Position numbers and translations under genes: made by a program. The notes under the pieces were generated by a model, which made no database searches, was not told where the DNA came from, and saw only the letters and a program-made list of their open reading frames with translations. A DNA stretch of 64,000 nucleotides from Octopus vulgaris (taxonomy: Eukaryota), in contig OX597820.1 in assembly GCA_951406725.2 (NCBI GenBank), positions 31,744,001 through 31,808,000 of the forward strand, written 5' to 3'. Positions within the stretch are counted from its first letter, which is position 1, and each line of letters starts with the position of its first letter. Shown one piece after another: positions 1 through 12,914 of the stretch.

Positions 1-849
1 AAGAGAACCGCAAATTAAAATAGAGAGAGAAAGAAAGTGAGAGAGAGAGATAGAGATAGAGAGAACCTGAATGGGAAAGAGAGAGAGAGTGAGAGAGGAA
101 AAGAGAGAGAGAGAGAGACAGAGACGAAGAGAAAGAAGTTGTGTTGAAATGCCGGGAGAAGGTTTCCTGGAAATCACGCGAGAACAAGCGTGAATTTTCG
201 TAAACAAAAACACTGGAGATTCGTCAGTGTCGTTTGACCGTTTTAGTTAAGAATGAAGTTTTGATGCCTGCTTTACTGGCTTCTGTGTTTGTTGTCGACG
301 GTGAAGTTGACGTTGCTACTGCTGTTCCTGTTGTTGTTATTGCCGCCGCCATTGTTGTTGTTGTCGATGTTGTTATTGTTATTGTTGTTACTGTCTGATA
401 AAAATAGGAAACCATTTGGAAGACAAACGCTTTGTGTAATAGAGAAGAATCCTGATGTTGGTATAAGACGAATGCCATGTTAAGTTCAGTGATAACAGTC
501 AAGGGTAAAAAGGTATTGGTTTCAATCGACCTCGGTGTATGATCGCAGCTAATTACTTAGTTCCAATAGCCCCTGCTCCGTCCTCCTGTGAAAGGATGAA
601 GAAAGGGACCCTTTACGTGATTGTTTGGCCTGCCAGAAAACCCTCCCAGCAAAATCACCTTCAATCAACATCCTACAGTCTTGAAAAGGTCGGTGGATTG
701 GAACAAACTGAATGTTGTTTCGCATGGTGTCTTACACACCCTCGGGCTAATATTCGAAATTCAATTGATGTATGTCTCTCCATCTTCATGGACTTTTTTC
801 CATATCCATTCCGTGATTAAAGTGACCAGACAGTGCAGCGTCAAATCGT

Positions 850-985
850 TTGTACCTTGTGGGCGATATCTGACATGTTAGGCATATAGGGTTATGGGGA
901 TTCACTGTATCCCCACCAATGCAAACTAGCCATTGTCCGGTCGTAGCCTGATCTCAGTCTGTTTGTATATGTCGACTGTTTTCTG
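850..985 (-). mobile_element. Degenerate C-terminal fragment of an RTEX/RTE-like LINE ORF
   Basis: Minus strand reads NRLRSGYDRTMASLHWWGYSESP*, resembling the NRLRTGxGRxxxxLHKWG motif upstream of the C-terminal zinc knuckle in these elements. Confidence 0.45.
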
Positions 986-1095
986 GTTATATGATAGAAA
1001 TAAAGCATTAATTGAAAAGACGTCTCTAATTCAACTATCTTACCAAGAAGGTGATCTCTTAAATCGCCATTCTAAGCTTCTTTAATTTAGAAATA

Positions 1096-1503
1096 TTCTC
1101 TTCCATTTCCAGGGCTTCATCACTCCTGAAGGAGGTACTCCTCCCTGTACTCCTTCCACCGCTGTCTGTCTCTGGGCAGTTGTGGCCATATAGACACTAT
1201 ATAGCATTTCTTTAGGTGTATATGCTGTCAAGATGATATCATCTGCGAAATCCAGTTGGCCTAGTTGTTCTACGTTAATGGTGATGTCCTTTTCCCATTG
1301 GATTTTGTTGATAATAGCGTCTTGCGGGCACTATGTAAACAACTTCGGTAACGTGTTGTCGCCTTGCTTTGCCTCTCTCTCAAACATGACCATATCACTG
1401 TCTAGGTGTAACCTGAGGATTGATGTTACACTGCTGTAAAGACTTTTCAGACTTGCAATGTAGTTAGGGTCCACTTCTTGGTTCTTCAGTGTTGTTAGGA
1501 GCA
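1096..1503 (-). mobile_element. Internally deleted RTE-clade LINE (RT core fused to ORF C-terminus)
   Basis: Minus translation ...FEREAKQGDNTLPKLFT*...QWEKDITINVEQLGQLDFADDIIL (RT QGD and FADD motifs) is joined directly to WPQLPRDRQRWKEYREEYLLQE*, a typical RTE ORF end. Confidence 0.8.
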
Positions 1504-2189
1504 GTATTTTCTTTTGATTTCAGTATTCTCCTTAGATTTCATTTCACTCTTGAGGTGATGGGTGCTGCTTTTGTTATTTGTTTCAAGGGCGTGACAATAT
1601 TTTTATTTCTGATATGATAGCTCTGTTTTTGATTGGTCCACCCCCATTATTTGTAACCAGAGAGCAATGGATTGATTGAATCGTCAGATCGTCGGAAAAC
1701 AATGTTTTATGGTTTTTGTTTCATCGCTTTATGTCCTGAGTTCAAATCCCGCCGGGTTCACATTTGACTGCCATCTTTTCAATGACCAGTCAAGTACTGG
1801 TACTTTATTTTAGTGATGTACAGGGTTCGATGGTACTTTCTAACTCCACTCCCTTAAAATTGCTAGACTTCAGTTTAAATCAGAAACCGTTATTAGCAAC
1901 CAGATGAAACGTAGATTTTAATGACACCGGATATAACTGGTATCGTTTTTCGTATATAGGTTCTGATTTTATTTGTAATAGGCACCGCATATTTATACAA
2001 AGACTCAGTATTCAGATACACGGTAGCACAATGCCATTGTGGATGTTCTTAGCCTAGTTTGAAATTCTCGCCAGGATATTCCTCGGCGCGAAACTTTATA
2101 ATATCTCATTGCATTAAATATTATAGTTCTTCACTGGTCTACACGACCATCAGGTTAAATACGCCATATTGAATTCTATGAAACACTGA

Positions 2190-2343
2190 CTTCAAATTTT
2201 GGTACAAGGCCAGCAATTTCAGGAGAAGGATTAAGTCGAATACACTGACCCCAGTGCTCAACTGGTACTTATTTTATCAATCCTGAAATGATGGAAGGCA
2301 AAATCGATCTTGGCGGAATGTGAACTCAGAACGTAAAGACGGA
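2190..2343 (-). mobile_element. tRNA-derived SINE family S2 (Meta-core-like body), partial
   Basis: Matches the recurrent body ...ttctgagttcaaattccgccgaggtcgactttgcctttcatcctttcggggtcgataaattaagtaccag..., seen in more than 10 copies in the window. Confidence 0.75.
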
Positions 2344-3949
2344 TTAATGTATTTAATGATTTTATCAAATTTGAGCACCAGGCTCTCATTCCATAAAATA
2401 TCATAGACTCCTGAGAGGAAAACGACGAGGGTAGTATCTGTTTCCAATTTTTACTAACATCCGGACTCAGTATTAGATGTGAGCGCCATCTTATTCATTT
2501 AAAGACAGCGTCTCCAGGAATTGGTGGTAGTTATATGAGCATGATTCATTCCAGCTGTTTGGACTGATGATGCAATAATGAGATGGATCAGTAGCTAATT
2601 AGCTAGTATCCTGTCTTTCTTTAGAAAAAAATCGACCGAAAACGTAAAGCGAAATTGTCGTGGAGAGGGGAAAATCTAACGTTTTGGATAGACTTCTTTC
2701 TTCAAGGAAAATGTTAATAAGAGTGAAATTAAAGTATAGCACAGTTTTATATCTATGTTCGAGAAACAGGCTGCAACTGATGAGGAATGCAAGACAACAT
2801 GAGCTTCATTTGGTTCTTGAACATCCAGCATTGGAATCTGATTTAAAACATTTGAATTGTTATTTCTAGCAGGTAAAGCTTAGCTGATTCACGCCAAATT
2901 GGTTGGCGTTTTGTCAGAAGATGTCAGAGATCAAGGGGAAGATAAATGACATTCGCTTTTTCGTAATTTTACGTCAAGATAAGAACTGTGGGACAAACTG
3001 ACCAACAGTTGGAATCCAAATTGGGACTGGAAAATTAGAATGATTGCATTACAGAATTAATTTTCATCCGTCCTTAACCTCTGATCAAACAACACCGGGG
3101 CGTGTAGTCATTGTGGACGTATTATAGTCATGCGACTTAGCTCTCTTTAGTTTTGGGTCCAGGCCTAATTAGCTCTCCCGAAAATCTTGCTTAAAAGTCC
3201 GCGCGGAGTTCGGCTTTTAAGTTAGCATATAATATGTGTAATCAAGTAGCGTTATTTCGACTAAGACAGTACGACAGTTAATCAATGTTTAGAATTCTAC
3301 GTTAATTTCTGTAAATCCAAATTTTAATCGAGTAATAAACGTTATTTGACTTCCTATGTTTGTTTGTATATTAAGTATCATATACATTTGAGTAGTTTTC
3401 AGCGTGCATATTCGAGAGTAGAATAAAACAAAAGAATAAGTTTAAGTATTTTTTATTACATCATAATGTTCTAATAAAACACTTAAACCAACTCTTTGTT
3501 CACGCACACACACACACATAGACACACACACATACATACACACACATACATACACATATATTAATGTTAGTTTTTATGTCGTTATAGACTCCAGACAGAC
3601 ATTTATTTTTGGTGTGGATGTGTTGATGATTTTCTTGCTAATAATGCCTAAGTTTCGTTTGAAGGGTTTATTCGTCTGACTGATGGGTTGTTACTGAAAG
3701 TGGGTTTGTGATCCTTCATGGTGATATATGGTCTTTTGGTTGTCAAGATATCTTCTCTATTTTTAACTTTTGGGTTCGTGGCTTTTTCTCTTTTCTTTTT
3801 CCTTTTTTGGTTGTTATTATGTCACTTAAAGAAGCATATTTTGTTCTCTTTATGTTAGAGATTACTTTACTACTGCAAGGTCCAATCTAAGTAGCGATGT
3901 GGTAGCTTTTGTTTCTCAGTTACCACCGGAGCGCAAGTTCTTGATAAAG

Positions 3950-4320
3950 CCTCCCATGCCAGACAGGTCACAAGACAGAAACTAGACTACTACGAAACAC
4001 CTCTTCCCATAGGTAAAAATAGGTTTGCATAGTGCCAACACTCATATCTAGACAAAAATCTAAGATACAGAAGCATCGATGACATCAAAACAAACACATG
4101 GCAGACCAAAACGTTCCTTCAGGCTCTGTCCCGGAATTCACAAGAGAGGTGGAAGTGAGAACATCCTAAGAAAACAAGTGGAGGCAGGATACTGAAAAGA
4201 GCAGAAAAAGTAAGGATTCAACTGGAAAGAAGCAGAAAAAACAGTCGAAAGTCGAGTGCAGTCGAGAAAAGTCGTCGTGACCTACTCTTCATAAGGAGTG
4301 ATGAGCTTAAGTTAGTAAGA
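3950..4320 (+). mobile_element. Degenerate bipartite RTE-clade LINE remnant
   Basis: LQALSRNSQERWK*EHPKKT resembles the RTE QALxWNPQGKRKRGRPKxTW motif. It ends in a taagttagtaag tail, and the 5' part resembles an RTE 5' UTR. Confidence 0.55.
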
Positions 4321-4818
4321 AAATATGTAAGAAAGGAGGATGTTGTTAGAGGTTTTACCTATCTGGAAGAAATTGCTTATTTTCTCCGATTTCACAAATT
4401 AGCGCTGGTGTAGATGTAACCATTTCTTATTCTCAGCACATTCTGCAGTGTAGCCGTTCGCTTGTTGTGTCTTATTATCTTGATCATTGCAAGTAGTTCA
4501 TTTCCGAAAGTTTGTAGCAATGGATCGTGTGGCGAACATTTGATTGTCTTGAGTCCTTTGTTGTGAATAAAACTTTCATCCTGTAAGCCATTTATGTAGT
4601 AGTAAATCTTTCACAGTACTCTCTTCACAAAACCTCCGGGCTTTTATTTTTTGTACAGTAGTATTTTCAAGTAAAGCCTCTTGGTTGTTATCGGTGTATC
4701 TTTCATGAAGAAGCGAATAGGATATCGCTGCATCTTTTCTTGTTTTACAATTACTCTTAATAAAGTACTCACGTCGTGATGGGGTTATATTACAGGGCAC
4801 AGCAGAAAAAATGCTATA

Positions 4819-5128
4819 GTGGAGGCACATGGCCTAGTGGTTAGAGCAGCGAACTCGCGGTCGAGGAATCGCGGGTTCGAATCTCAGACCGGGTGATGTG
4901 TGTGCTAATGAACGAAACACCGAAGCTCCACGCGGCTCCGGCAGAAGGTAATGGCGAACTTCTGCTGACGCTTTCGCCACAACTTTCTCTCACTCTTTCC
5001 TCCTGCATCTTGCAGCTCACCTGCGACGGACCGGCGTCCCGTCCAGATGGGGAACCTATACGCCAAGGAAACCGGGAAACCGGCCCTTATGAGCCAGGCA
5101 TGGCTCGAGAAGGAACAAACAACAACAA
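4819..5128 (+). mobile_element. tRNA-derived SINE family S3, tail type 1 ending in (CAA)n
   Basis: A box tggcctagtgg and B box ggttcgaatct. Imperfect TSD aaaaatgctatag / aaaactgccatag. Confidence 0.85.
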
Positions 5129-5382
5129 AAACTGCCATAGGCTTTTCTACTGCATCCTGCCAATACTGAAGTTGGGTACATGATCACGGCGACTTCATAT
5201 AGCCAATGTTTTCAGGTTTTTTTTTTGGTGGTGGTGGGGTTCATTCTTTAGTTAACAATCATTGGGTGGACCGATACATTCCAACCGCTGGTTGTTGAAA
5301 CGGGCAGCAAAGATAGAGAATGCGGGGTTTTCTGTCGCCCCCTGTATTTTAATTGTTTTTATGTTATAATGTTTAGTATACT

Positions 5383-5978
5383 TATGTATGTATGTATGTA
5401 TGTATGTATGTATGTATGTATGTATGTATGTATGTATGTATGTATGTATGTGTGTATGTATGTGTGTGTATGTACGTGTGTATGTATTATGTATGTTATG
5501 TGTATGTATGTATTTGTAGTGCACGCACGCAAATACACATACGTGCACGTGCATATACATATATGTATATAAATCTGTCTAGTGATAAGGCATTACATAA
5601 TTTTTTTGCTTATGCATATTTTCTTTATTTTTCTTCTGTATTTTTTGTGCTCCATGAAAAAATATATATCAAGCCTAATCGGGTTTATCTAACGTTCTAC
5701 CTACATGGCTAGGTATGTGCGTACGTATGTATGTATATGTGTGTATATATATGTATGTGTATGTATGTGTGTGTATGTATGTGTGTATATGTATGCATGT
5801 ATGTGTATCTGTGTATATATGTATGTGTGTATCTATGTATGTGTGCATGTATGTATGTGCGTGAGTATGTATGTTTGTATGTATGTATGTAGGTGCGTAT
5901 GTGTGCATGTAGGTTATGTATGTATTTATGTATGTGTCTATGCACATTTATATATGTATATATATATAGATATGTGTG

Positions 5979-6009
<31 letters not shown>

Positions 6010-6108
6010 GTATGCATGTATGTGTGTAAATATGTTATGCAAATGTAAATGTAAATACATATATCTATGCATATGTGTACGTGTATATATATATCGACAA
6101 TAATAATG

Positions 6109-6146
<38 letters not shown>
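5383..6146. repeat. Compound (TATG)n/(TG)n/(TA)n microsatellite region ending in (TAA)n
   Basis: Directly visible. It explains the MYVC/HTYI ORFs. Confidence 0.95.
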
Positions 6147-6147
<1 letters not shown>

Positions 6148-6149
6148 TT

Positions 6150-6746
6150 TTTTTATATATGCTTAGACCTACACATGTTTCAGCTGCACTGATTAGTAAC
6201 AGTTGCAGTTGCTAACCATGTATATATATATAATTATAAGGAAAAATGGACAGTTTTAACTGATAAAATTCAATTTATTAACATATTACCAAAATTCTCT
6301 GTTACCTACAATTGTTTTCATACTCAACTCAGTTAAATATTTCCTCAGGGTGAGAATTAGACACTAAGAATCACATCATAATCGATCCGGTGATCATCAA
6401 ACAGACTCAAAATATCAATAATGTGTGTGCATGTTAATATTTAAAAAAAAAACTGTGATATATTTGTCTTGTTTTTATTTATTTGTGTGCATGTGTGTGC
6501 GTGAGATTTATTTGCGCGTGTACGCGTGTACGCGTCAATATATAAAAAAAAACTCCATTGCTTGTTTATTGGGTTTTGTTTCTATTTTTTGTATGCAAAT
6601 ATGCGTTAATGTTTCATCACGTGATAGTGCTGGAAATTACATAACTTTCTGCAGGTATGATATTTATATTCTACGTAATCAAAATATGTGTTGCAAACAT
6701 TTTTATCATTAGACAAAATATTGAATGTCAATATACTAGAAAAATA

Positions 6747-6816
<70 letters not shown>

Positions 6817-7520
6817 TTTTTTTTTGTTGATGTTGTTGTTATCATTATTATCTAATTATATCTAATAGTTAATTATTTCATATTTTATTCCACATATCTT
6901 AATATAATATTATTTTAATTGTTCTTTATAGTACATATTTTTATCTATCAAATCATCGAATGTATATCTTATCCTGGTTTTAATTTTATCTTATTTGTAG
7001 TTTTTAAATACAAATTTATATGAGTGCATACATGCTAAACTTTTTTCCCGCTTACTCTTAAGAAGTTTATGCTTAGATTTTAAAATTTGGAAAATTTCTT
7101 CAACACAAATAGCACAACAGGTATCAGCTACTTTAGAGGATCTAACATGGTTGGTAATTTCCCACTTTGGGTTAAAATCCTTATTCTTATCCTTCTATTC
7201 CCAAATAAATTTGTTTAGACTGGGGCTGATTGATTTTTGTTTCAAAATGTGTTTTCATGGCTGGCAATTCATCGCTTAATAAGATATGCCGTGGAACCTA
7301 TGTAATAATAATTTAGTCCCTCAGATTCTACTTTGCATTTATATACCACATCTTTCTGTTTGCAAAAATTATTCAGCAAACAGTTATATTCAAATTTGCA
7401 ATCACAACGAATATTTTTATCTTTCTCTATAAATCTGTGGTCAATACTAATCTTGTCCATAGTGTTTGCTTTGTTCCTTATAATTCCACGGTTAAAATGA
7501 GAGGTAAGTAGGTTATCTCC
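6150..7520 (-). mobile_element. Degenerate Penelope-like element with Naiad-type GIY-YIG endonuclease and hammerhead-bearing terminal region
   Basis: Minus ORF CDCKFEYNCLLNNFCKQKDVVYKCKV...YYIGST..IKR continues across breaks as LNKFIWE..KWEI...CCAICVEEI...KRE...CMH. A hammerhead-like motif lies at 6295-6356. Confidence 0.75.
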
Positions 7521-7596
7521 CTTTCTGTCTTTTTTTAAATATTAACGCATACACGCGCAAATAAATTTAGCACACACACGCACACACATCTGTCTG

Positions 7597-7667
<71 letters not shown>

Positions 7668-7689
7668 GTTTGTTTGTCTGTTTGTATGT

Positions 7690-7932
7690 ATGTATATGTG
7701 TATGTATGTGTATATGCCTTTCTGTCTGTATTTGTCTCTCGCTCCCATCGCTTGACAAGGAGTGCTGGTTTGTTTATGTCCCACATAACTTAGCGGTTCG
7801 GCAAAAGGAGATTCATTACTATAAATAACAGACTTTAAAAATGAATACTGGGATCAGTTTAGTTATTCGACTAAACCCTTCGAGCAGGTGCTCCAGTATG
7901 GTCGCAGTCCAATGACTGAAACAAGTAAAAGA
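7690..7932 (+). mobile_element. SINE family S1 (CORE-like), 3' half
   Basis: Contains taacttagcggttcggcaaaa...ggtgctccagtatggtcgcagtccaatgactgaaacaagtaaaaga, shared with many copies. Confidence 0.8.
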
Positions 7933-8283
7933 TGAGAAAAACGCTAAATGTGAATGTATGTATGTGTGTGTATGAATACATATATACACACGTAAACATG
8001 TATATACATACATACATACACATATACACACATCACATATATTTGCATACACACAAGCGTCTATATACATGCATACATACTCATACATACGCGCACACAT
8101 ACACACACTCAGCTTTATACCCGTACATATAAACACGTACATAAAAACGATATACAGGAAAACACACACACACACACATATATACATACGCGCTCACACA
8201 TACAACATACACACACATACACTCACACTCACACATATATTTTATATATGCATATATACGAACGCATACATATGCACATACAA

Positions 8284-8317
<34 letters not shown>

Positions 8318-8625
8318 CTACATGTCTTACAACGGGCCAATCCTTTTTTTTATGTGAAAAATAAAGCAAAAATAATAAGAAGCAATAAAAACATAAAACA
8401 TACATTAAAAAGTAATACAACGGACAAACAAGTATTGTTTGTATTTGTTTTATGACATGTTTTTTTACATATTTTATGCTACGTACATACATACATACAT
8501 ACATACACACATATGTTTGTATATATGTATATATATGTGTGGTAATGTTCCAATCTTGGCATTATTCTTTGGGTGTATCCATCCATACTTCCCTCGGTTT
8601 GTCGCATTCTAATATTTTCTTGGGT

Positions 8626-8707
<82 letters not shown>

Positions 8708-8736
8708 GTCTGTCTGCCTATCTATCTATCTATCTA

Positions 8737-8767
<31 letters not shown>

Positions 8768-8799
8768 CTCAATCTGTCTGTCTGTCTGTCTATCTATCC

Positions 8800-9558
8800 C
8801 GATGGTCAGGCGATCCATTTGCTGTCAACACCCGTTAAAAGGAGGGCTGGGCATGCCATGGTTGATGATGCGCAGACACGCGCTGAGACTGCGACATCTC
8901 CGGCTCTACGTAGACGACGGTGAACTGGTGTGGTCGCCGTTTGTGAAGCACGCTTTCCCGCAACTCGTCTCCATGACCAAACTGCAGTCATGGATTAAAA
9001 AGAGGCCGAGGAAGGGCGAATGGCACCGCGGGTGTCGCGTTGCTCTCAAGCAACTATGCTGTCCCGGGTTGACCTTAAGCGACTTCAACACAACCAAAGC
9101 ATTCTATAGGGGATTATTAGAGGGGAGGTACAACGACGATCTTGGGGCGAACCTGGGCGTCGACGAGGAATACCTGACCCGCCTGTTCAAGACGACTTTC
9201 GGGCCAGGACCTATGGAGAACTTCCAGAGATCCCTGGCCTGGCAGGGATAATCTCTACAGACACGGCTCGAGAAACACGGGGCCGACCTGCCCGAGATGT
9301 ACTCAGAGCGATGAAACCGTTCTGTACGCACACGTGTGCAGTGTCCAACTTTTCCGACCTGTGGGCTTATGTCAAATGACTGCTTTCACGTGTGGGACGA
9401 GTCGCTTTATCAGCCGAGTCTACCGTCAATATCGTCACGCCTGCGTCCTTCAAACGGGAAGGAAGAGCTATTTTCATCATACATGTGGCTGTGGCGAAAG
9501 AATGTATCAGGTGGACGCGTCTGAAAGGATTAGAGACAAACACTTTCCTCTCTGGTCA
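8800..9558 (+). mobile_element. L1/Tx1-clade LINE ORF2 fragment (post-RT region and zinc finger), frameshifted
   Basis: [25 protein letters not shown]...WSPFVK, then FQRSLAW and CPRC..SDETV...QCP..DLW (zf-RVT-like). GC-rich relative to the flanking (TATC)n and (TA)n. Confidence 0.75.
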
Positions 9559-9560
9559 TA

Positions 9561-9625
<65 letters not shown>

Positions 9626-9631
<6 letters not shown>

Positions 9632-10864
9632 ACATTATATAAAAGGGATTAGTAAAATAAATTACTTTGCCACATACTGAACTCATTAGAAATAGTAGCT
9701 AAAAAAACTTTTTTTAAACTATTTCTAATACTTAAAGAAAATCTCTCTCATATAGTGTTTGCTCAATTCAACTCACGAAAGTATGGGGGTAAAGACATTA
9801 AAAAATCAAATGCAAAGGTTATTTGAGAACGTACGTTTCAAGATTAGTCAAACTCGACATTTCTATCATCAGCTCAGAACTCCTTGGTTTGGATTTGAAA
9901 ACACTGAAAGTGGGAGCATACCCTTTCGGCTTCTTATCGCTTCTGAAGATCTGCTCGAAACTAACAGTGCCAGCATACCCAAAATATGCAAGCGAAGAAT
10001 TTCTGCTCTCCCCTTTCCACCAGCGTGGGTTGATTTTTTAATGTCTTTACCCCCATACTTTCGTGAGTTGAATTGAGCAAACACTATATGAGAGAGATTT
10101 TCTTTAAGTATTAGAAATAGTTTTAAAAAAAGTTTTTTAGCTACTATTTCTAATGAGTTCAGTATGTGGCAAAGTAATTTATTTTACTAAGCCCTTTTAT
10201 ATAATGTAATAATTTGAATTCGCCTTAAATGGTCCCTTTACATACTGAACACTTGGTGAAATTGATTAATAATTAATTAATTAATTTTACCCTCAATTGT
10301 TGAAATTATAATTCATCTCTCTCTATTTAATGTTTTCGGATTTACCGAAAAAGCATAATGTTTGCTGATTTTAACCCACGCTGGTGGAAAGGGGAGAGCA
10401 GAAATTCTTCGCTTGCATATTTTGGGTATGCTGGCACTGTTAGTTTCGAGCAGATCTTCAGAAGCGATAAGAAGCCGAAAGGGTATGCTCCCACTTTCAG
10501 TGTTTTCAAATCCAAACCAAAGAGTTCTGAGCTGATGATAGAAATGTCGAGTTTGACTAATCTTGAAACGTACATTCTCAAATAACCTTTGCATTTGATT
10601 TTTTAATGTCTTTACCCCCATACTTTCGTGAGTTGAATTGAGCAAACACTATATGAGAGAGATTTTCTTTAAGTATTAGAAATAGTTTAAAAAAAGTTTT
10701 TTTAGCTACTATTTCTAATGAGTTCAGTATGTGGCAAAGTAATTTATTTTACTAAGCCCTTTTATATAATGTAATAATTTGAATTCGCCTTAAATGGTCC
10801 CTTTACATACTGAACACTTGGTGAAATTGATTAATAATTAATTAATTAATTTTACCCTCAATTG

Positions 10865-10869
<5 letters not shown>
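9626..10869. mobile_element. Non-autonomous PLE-like element with direct pseudo-LTRs and an inverted arm, inserted in (TA)n
   Basis: 275-bp direct repeats at 10030-10304 and 10595-10869. 406-bp inverted repeat at 9626-10031 vs 10373-10778. (TA)n on both sides. Confidence 0.85.
9822..9880 (-). ncRNA. Type I hammerhead ribozyme motif (PLE-type, palindromic stem III)
   Basis: Minus strand: tgag CTGATGA t-aga-aat-gtc gagttt gac-taa-tct-t GAAA CGTACG TT ctca. A second copy on the plus strand at 10524-10583 has one G>A change in stem III. Confidence 0.65.
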
Positions 10870-10936
<67 letters not shown>

Positions 10937-11034
10937 ATATATATATATATATAATGGCTCTTTTGCCTTAATAACCGTCAATCATACAGTAATTCCTCTT
11001 TGTTTAACGGTCTTTTTCATAGCATTTTTTCGAT

Positions 11035-11106
11035 GGCCAGATAACTGAAGAGGTAGCGGCGTGGATTTCCGCCCCGACATCCGAAACGCGGAGTTTTATC
11101 ATGGCT
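11035..11106 (+). ncRNA. Type I hammerhead ribozyme in a (TA)n-flanked mini-element (10952-11437)
   Basis: ggcca-GATAA CTGAAGA gg...cc GAAA C gcgga G TT TTATC-a-tggct. Stem I is 5 bp plus a 5-bp extension, with a G10.1-C11.1 pair and a GUU site. Confidence 0.75.
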
Positions 11107-11437
11107 ACCGAAGAGGCCTTGGGATATTTTTGTAAGTGTCTCATTTATAACTACATATTAACCTATCACACATGGCTAATATGAGCATAATGAGGCACCC
11201 ATATCTGCATGGCTGAAACAGCTGTAAGATGTAGTTTATATTTATATTTGTATTTATTTATATTCACTTATACATACTGTACTTATTGTATCTTATTACT
11301 CATTGATGTACATTGTTTTGTTCTATATTATTATGTTTGACCTTAATGTTCATATGTAGTGATTTAATAAATTATTTGATTGTGTATTATCTGGTAGTTG
11401 ATTATTGATTAAGATGTATTTCTCCATTTCCTTATTT

Positions 11438-11479
<42 letters not shown>

Positions 11480-11487
<8 letters not shown>

Positions 11488-11857
11488 ATATTAATCTATT
11501 CTTTTACTTGTTTCAGTCATTTTACAGCGGTCATGCTGCAGCAAAGCTTTAAAGGTTTTTTTTGTCGAAGAAATCGACCCCAGGACTTATTCTTTGTAAG
11601 CCTAGTACTTATTCCATCGGGGTCTTTGGCCGAACCGCTAAGTTACGGGGACATTAACACACCAGCATCGGTTGTCAAGCGATGGCAGACGCACACACAT
11701 ATACACATATATACACACACACACACATACACACAAATATATATATATGACGGGCTTCTTCAAGTTTCCGTCTACCAAATCCACTCACAAGGCTTTGGTT
11801 GGCCTGGGACTAAAGTAGAAGACACTTGTCCAAGGTGCCACACAGGGGGACTGAACC
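11480..11857 (-). mobile_element. SINE family S1 (CORE-like)
   Basis: Reverse complement of ...gcaccttggacaagtgtcttctac...gacggaaac...gactgaaacaagtaaaag. Confidence 0.85.
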
Positions 11858-12914
11858 ATTTAATTCCAAGATTTATTTATGTTTAACAACTGAATAGATT
11901 TAATAAAAGCATCCAAATATGAAACATCATGAAAATTGTTCAAACTGAAGTCCTTCTTCAGTGACTTCATAATTAGAATGCATAAATAAAATTGAATATC
12001 AAGTATTTGTGGAATTTTTATATACTGTCGGGTGACTTTTGGCCAACCCTGTATATATATGCACACACGCACACCCACGCACCCTCCTCAAACAAATAAA
12101 GCTAACCAGCCAGATAGATACGATGTATGTGAACGTTTTTGTATATGAGCGCCAGGTTATAAATTTGCGACGAGTTGCATCCCTTTACCATGAAAGGTAA
12201 CACAGCTCCATATTCGTAGCTCTTCGATAAATAGACACCAGGCTGATCATGCCTTTAAAACACACTAAAAACATACCTGAAGGAGTGTCCTCAAGATGGC
12301 TTCAACCCACTGAGTGACACCAGTGAAAGAATATCCGATTCGTCGTGCCACATTAAAACGACATCTTCTGTTTGAACTTCGGCTCCGTATTATGGGATAG
12401 GTAGCAATTAATTAGCATATTTGTGTGTGTGTGTGTTTTTTGTGTGGCATGGGAAGCGTGAAAAGCGTAGGAGTTGTGTCATTTATTGTTCGCGGTTATG
12501 TCGTGTCGGTGCAGCTGGCATTGAATAAGGGTGAACTGCTGATTTTGAGGTTTTCTTTTTATATGTCGATCGAAGACAACAGATTTTAGGGTGAGGGTTA
12601 GGATTAGAGCAAAACAACAACGATGACAAAAGGGCAGCAATAACAGTGGCAGCTGTTTGCAGCAGCACGGTTAATAACGGCAGTAGCAACAACAATAACA
12701 GCACAGCAGCATTTGCAATAAAAAGTATTAGCAACAGCAACACTAACAACAACAACAACAACGACGACGACGGCGGCGGCGGCGACGACGGTGGCGGCGG
12801 CGACGAAAACAACAACAACAACAACACCAACAACAGCTGCAGCAACAAGATAACTGCTGCAACAACAACAACAGCAGAAATTACAACAAAACAACAACAA
12901 CGTCAATAACATAC

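Noticed and set aside
224-502. Thr/Leu-rich ORFs after the (GA)n tract
   Set aside because: Low-complexity trinucleotide drift. It could be UTR, but there is no supportable coding signal.
4819-4893. tRNA-like sequences at SINE heads, and the B-box-like gagttcgattc near 23714
   Set aside because: They continue into SINE bodies and lack a proper cloverleaf, so they are not tRNA genes.
5252-6103. Long ORFs such as [22 protein letters not shown] and poly-I/N/L (here and throughout the window)
   Set aside because: They are stop-free translations of microsatellites, not genes.
9937-9975. CTGAAGA tctgctc GAAA ctaacag TG, antisense to the main hammerhead
   Set aside because: No stem II pairing, G at the H17 position, and a poor stem I.
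9759-10645. Duplicated 105-110 aa ORFs MLNSTHESMGVK...
   Set aside because: A by-product of the inverted repeat, with a non-ATG start and no recognisable domain.
12585-12608. ttagggtgagggttaggattag telomere-like run
   Set aside because: Too short and degenerate to call an interstitial telomere.
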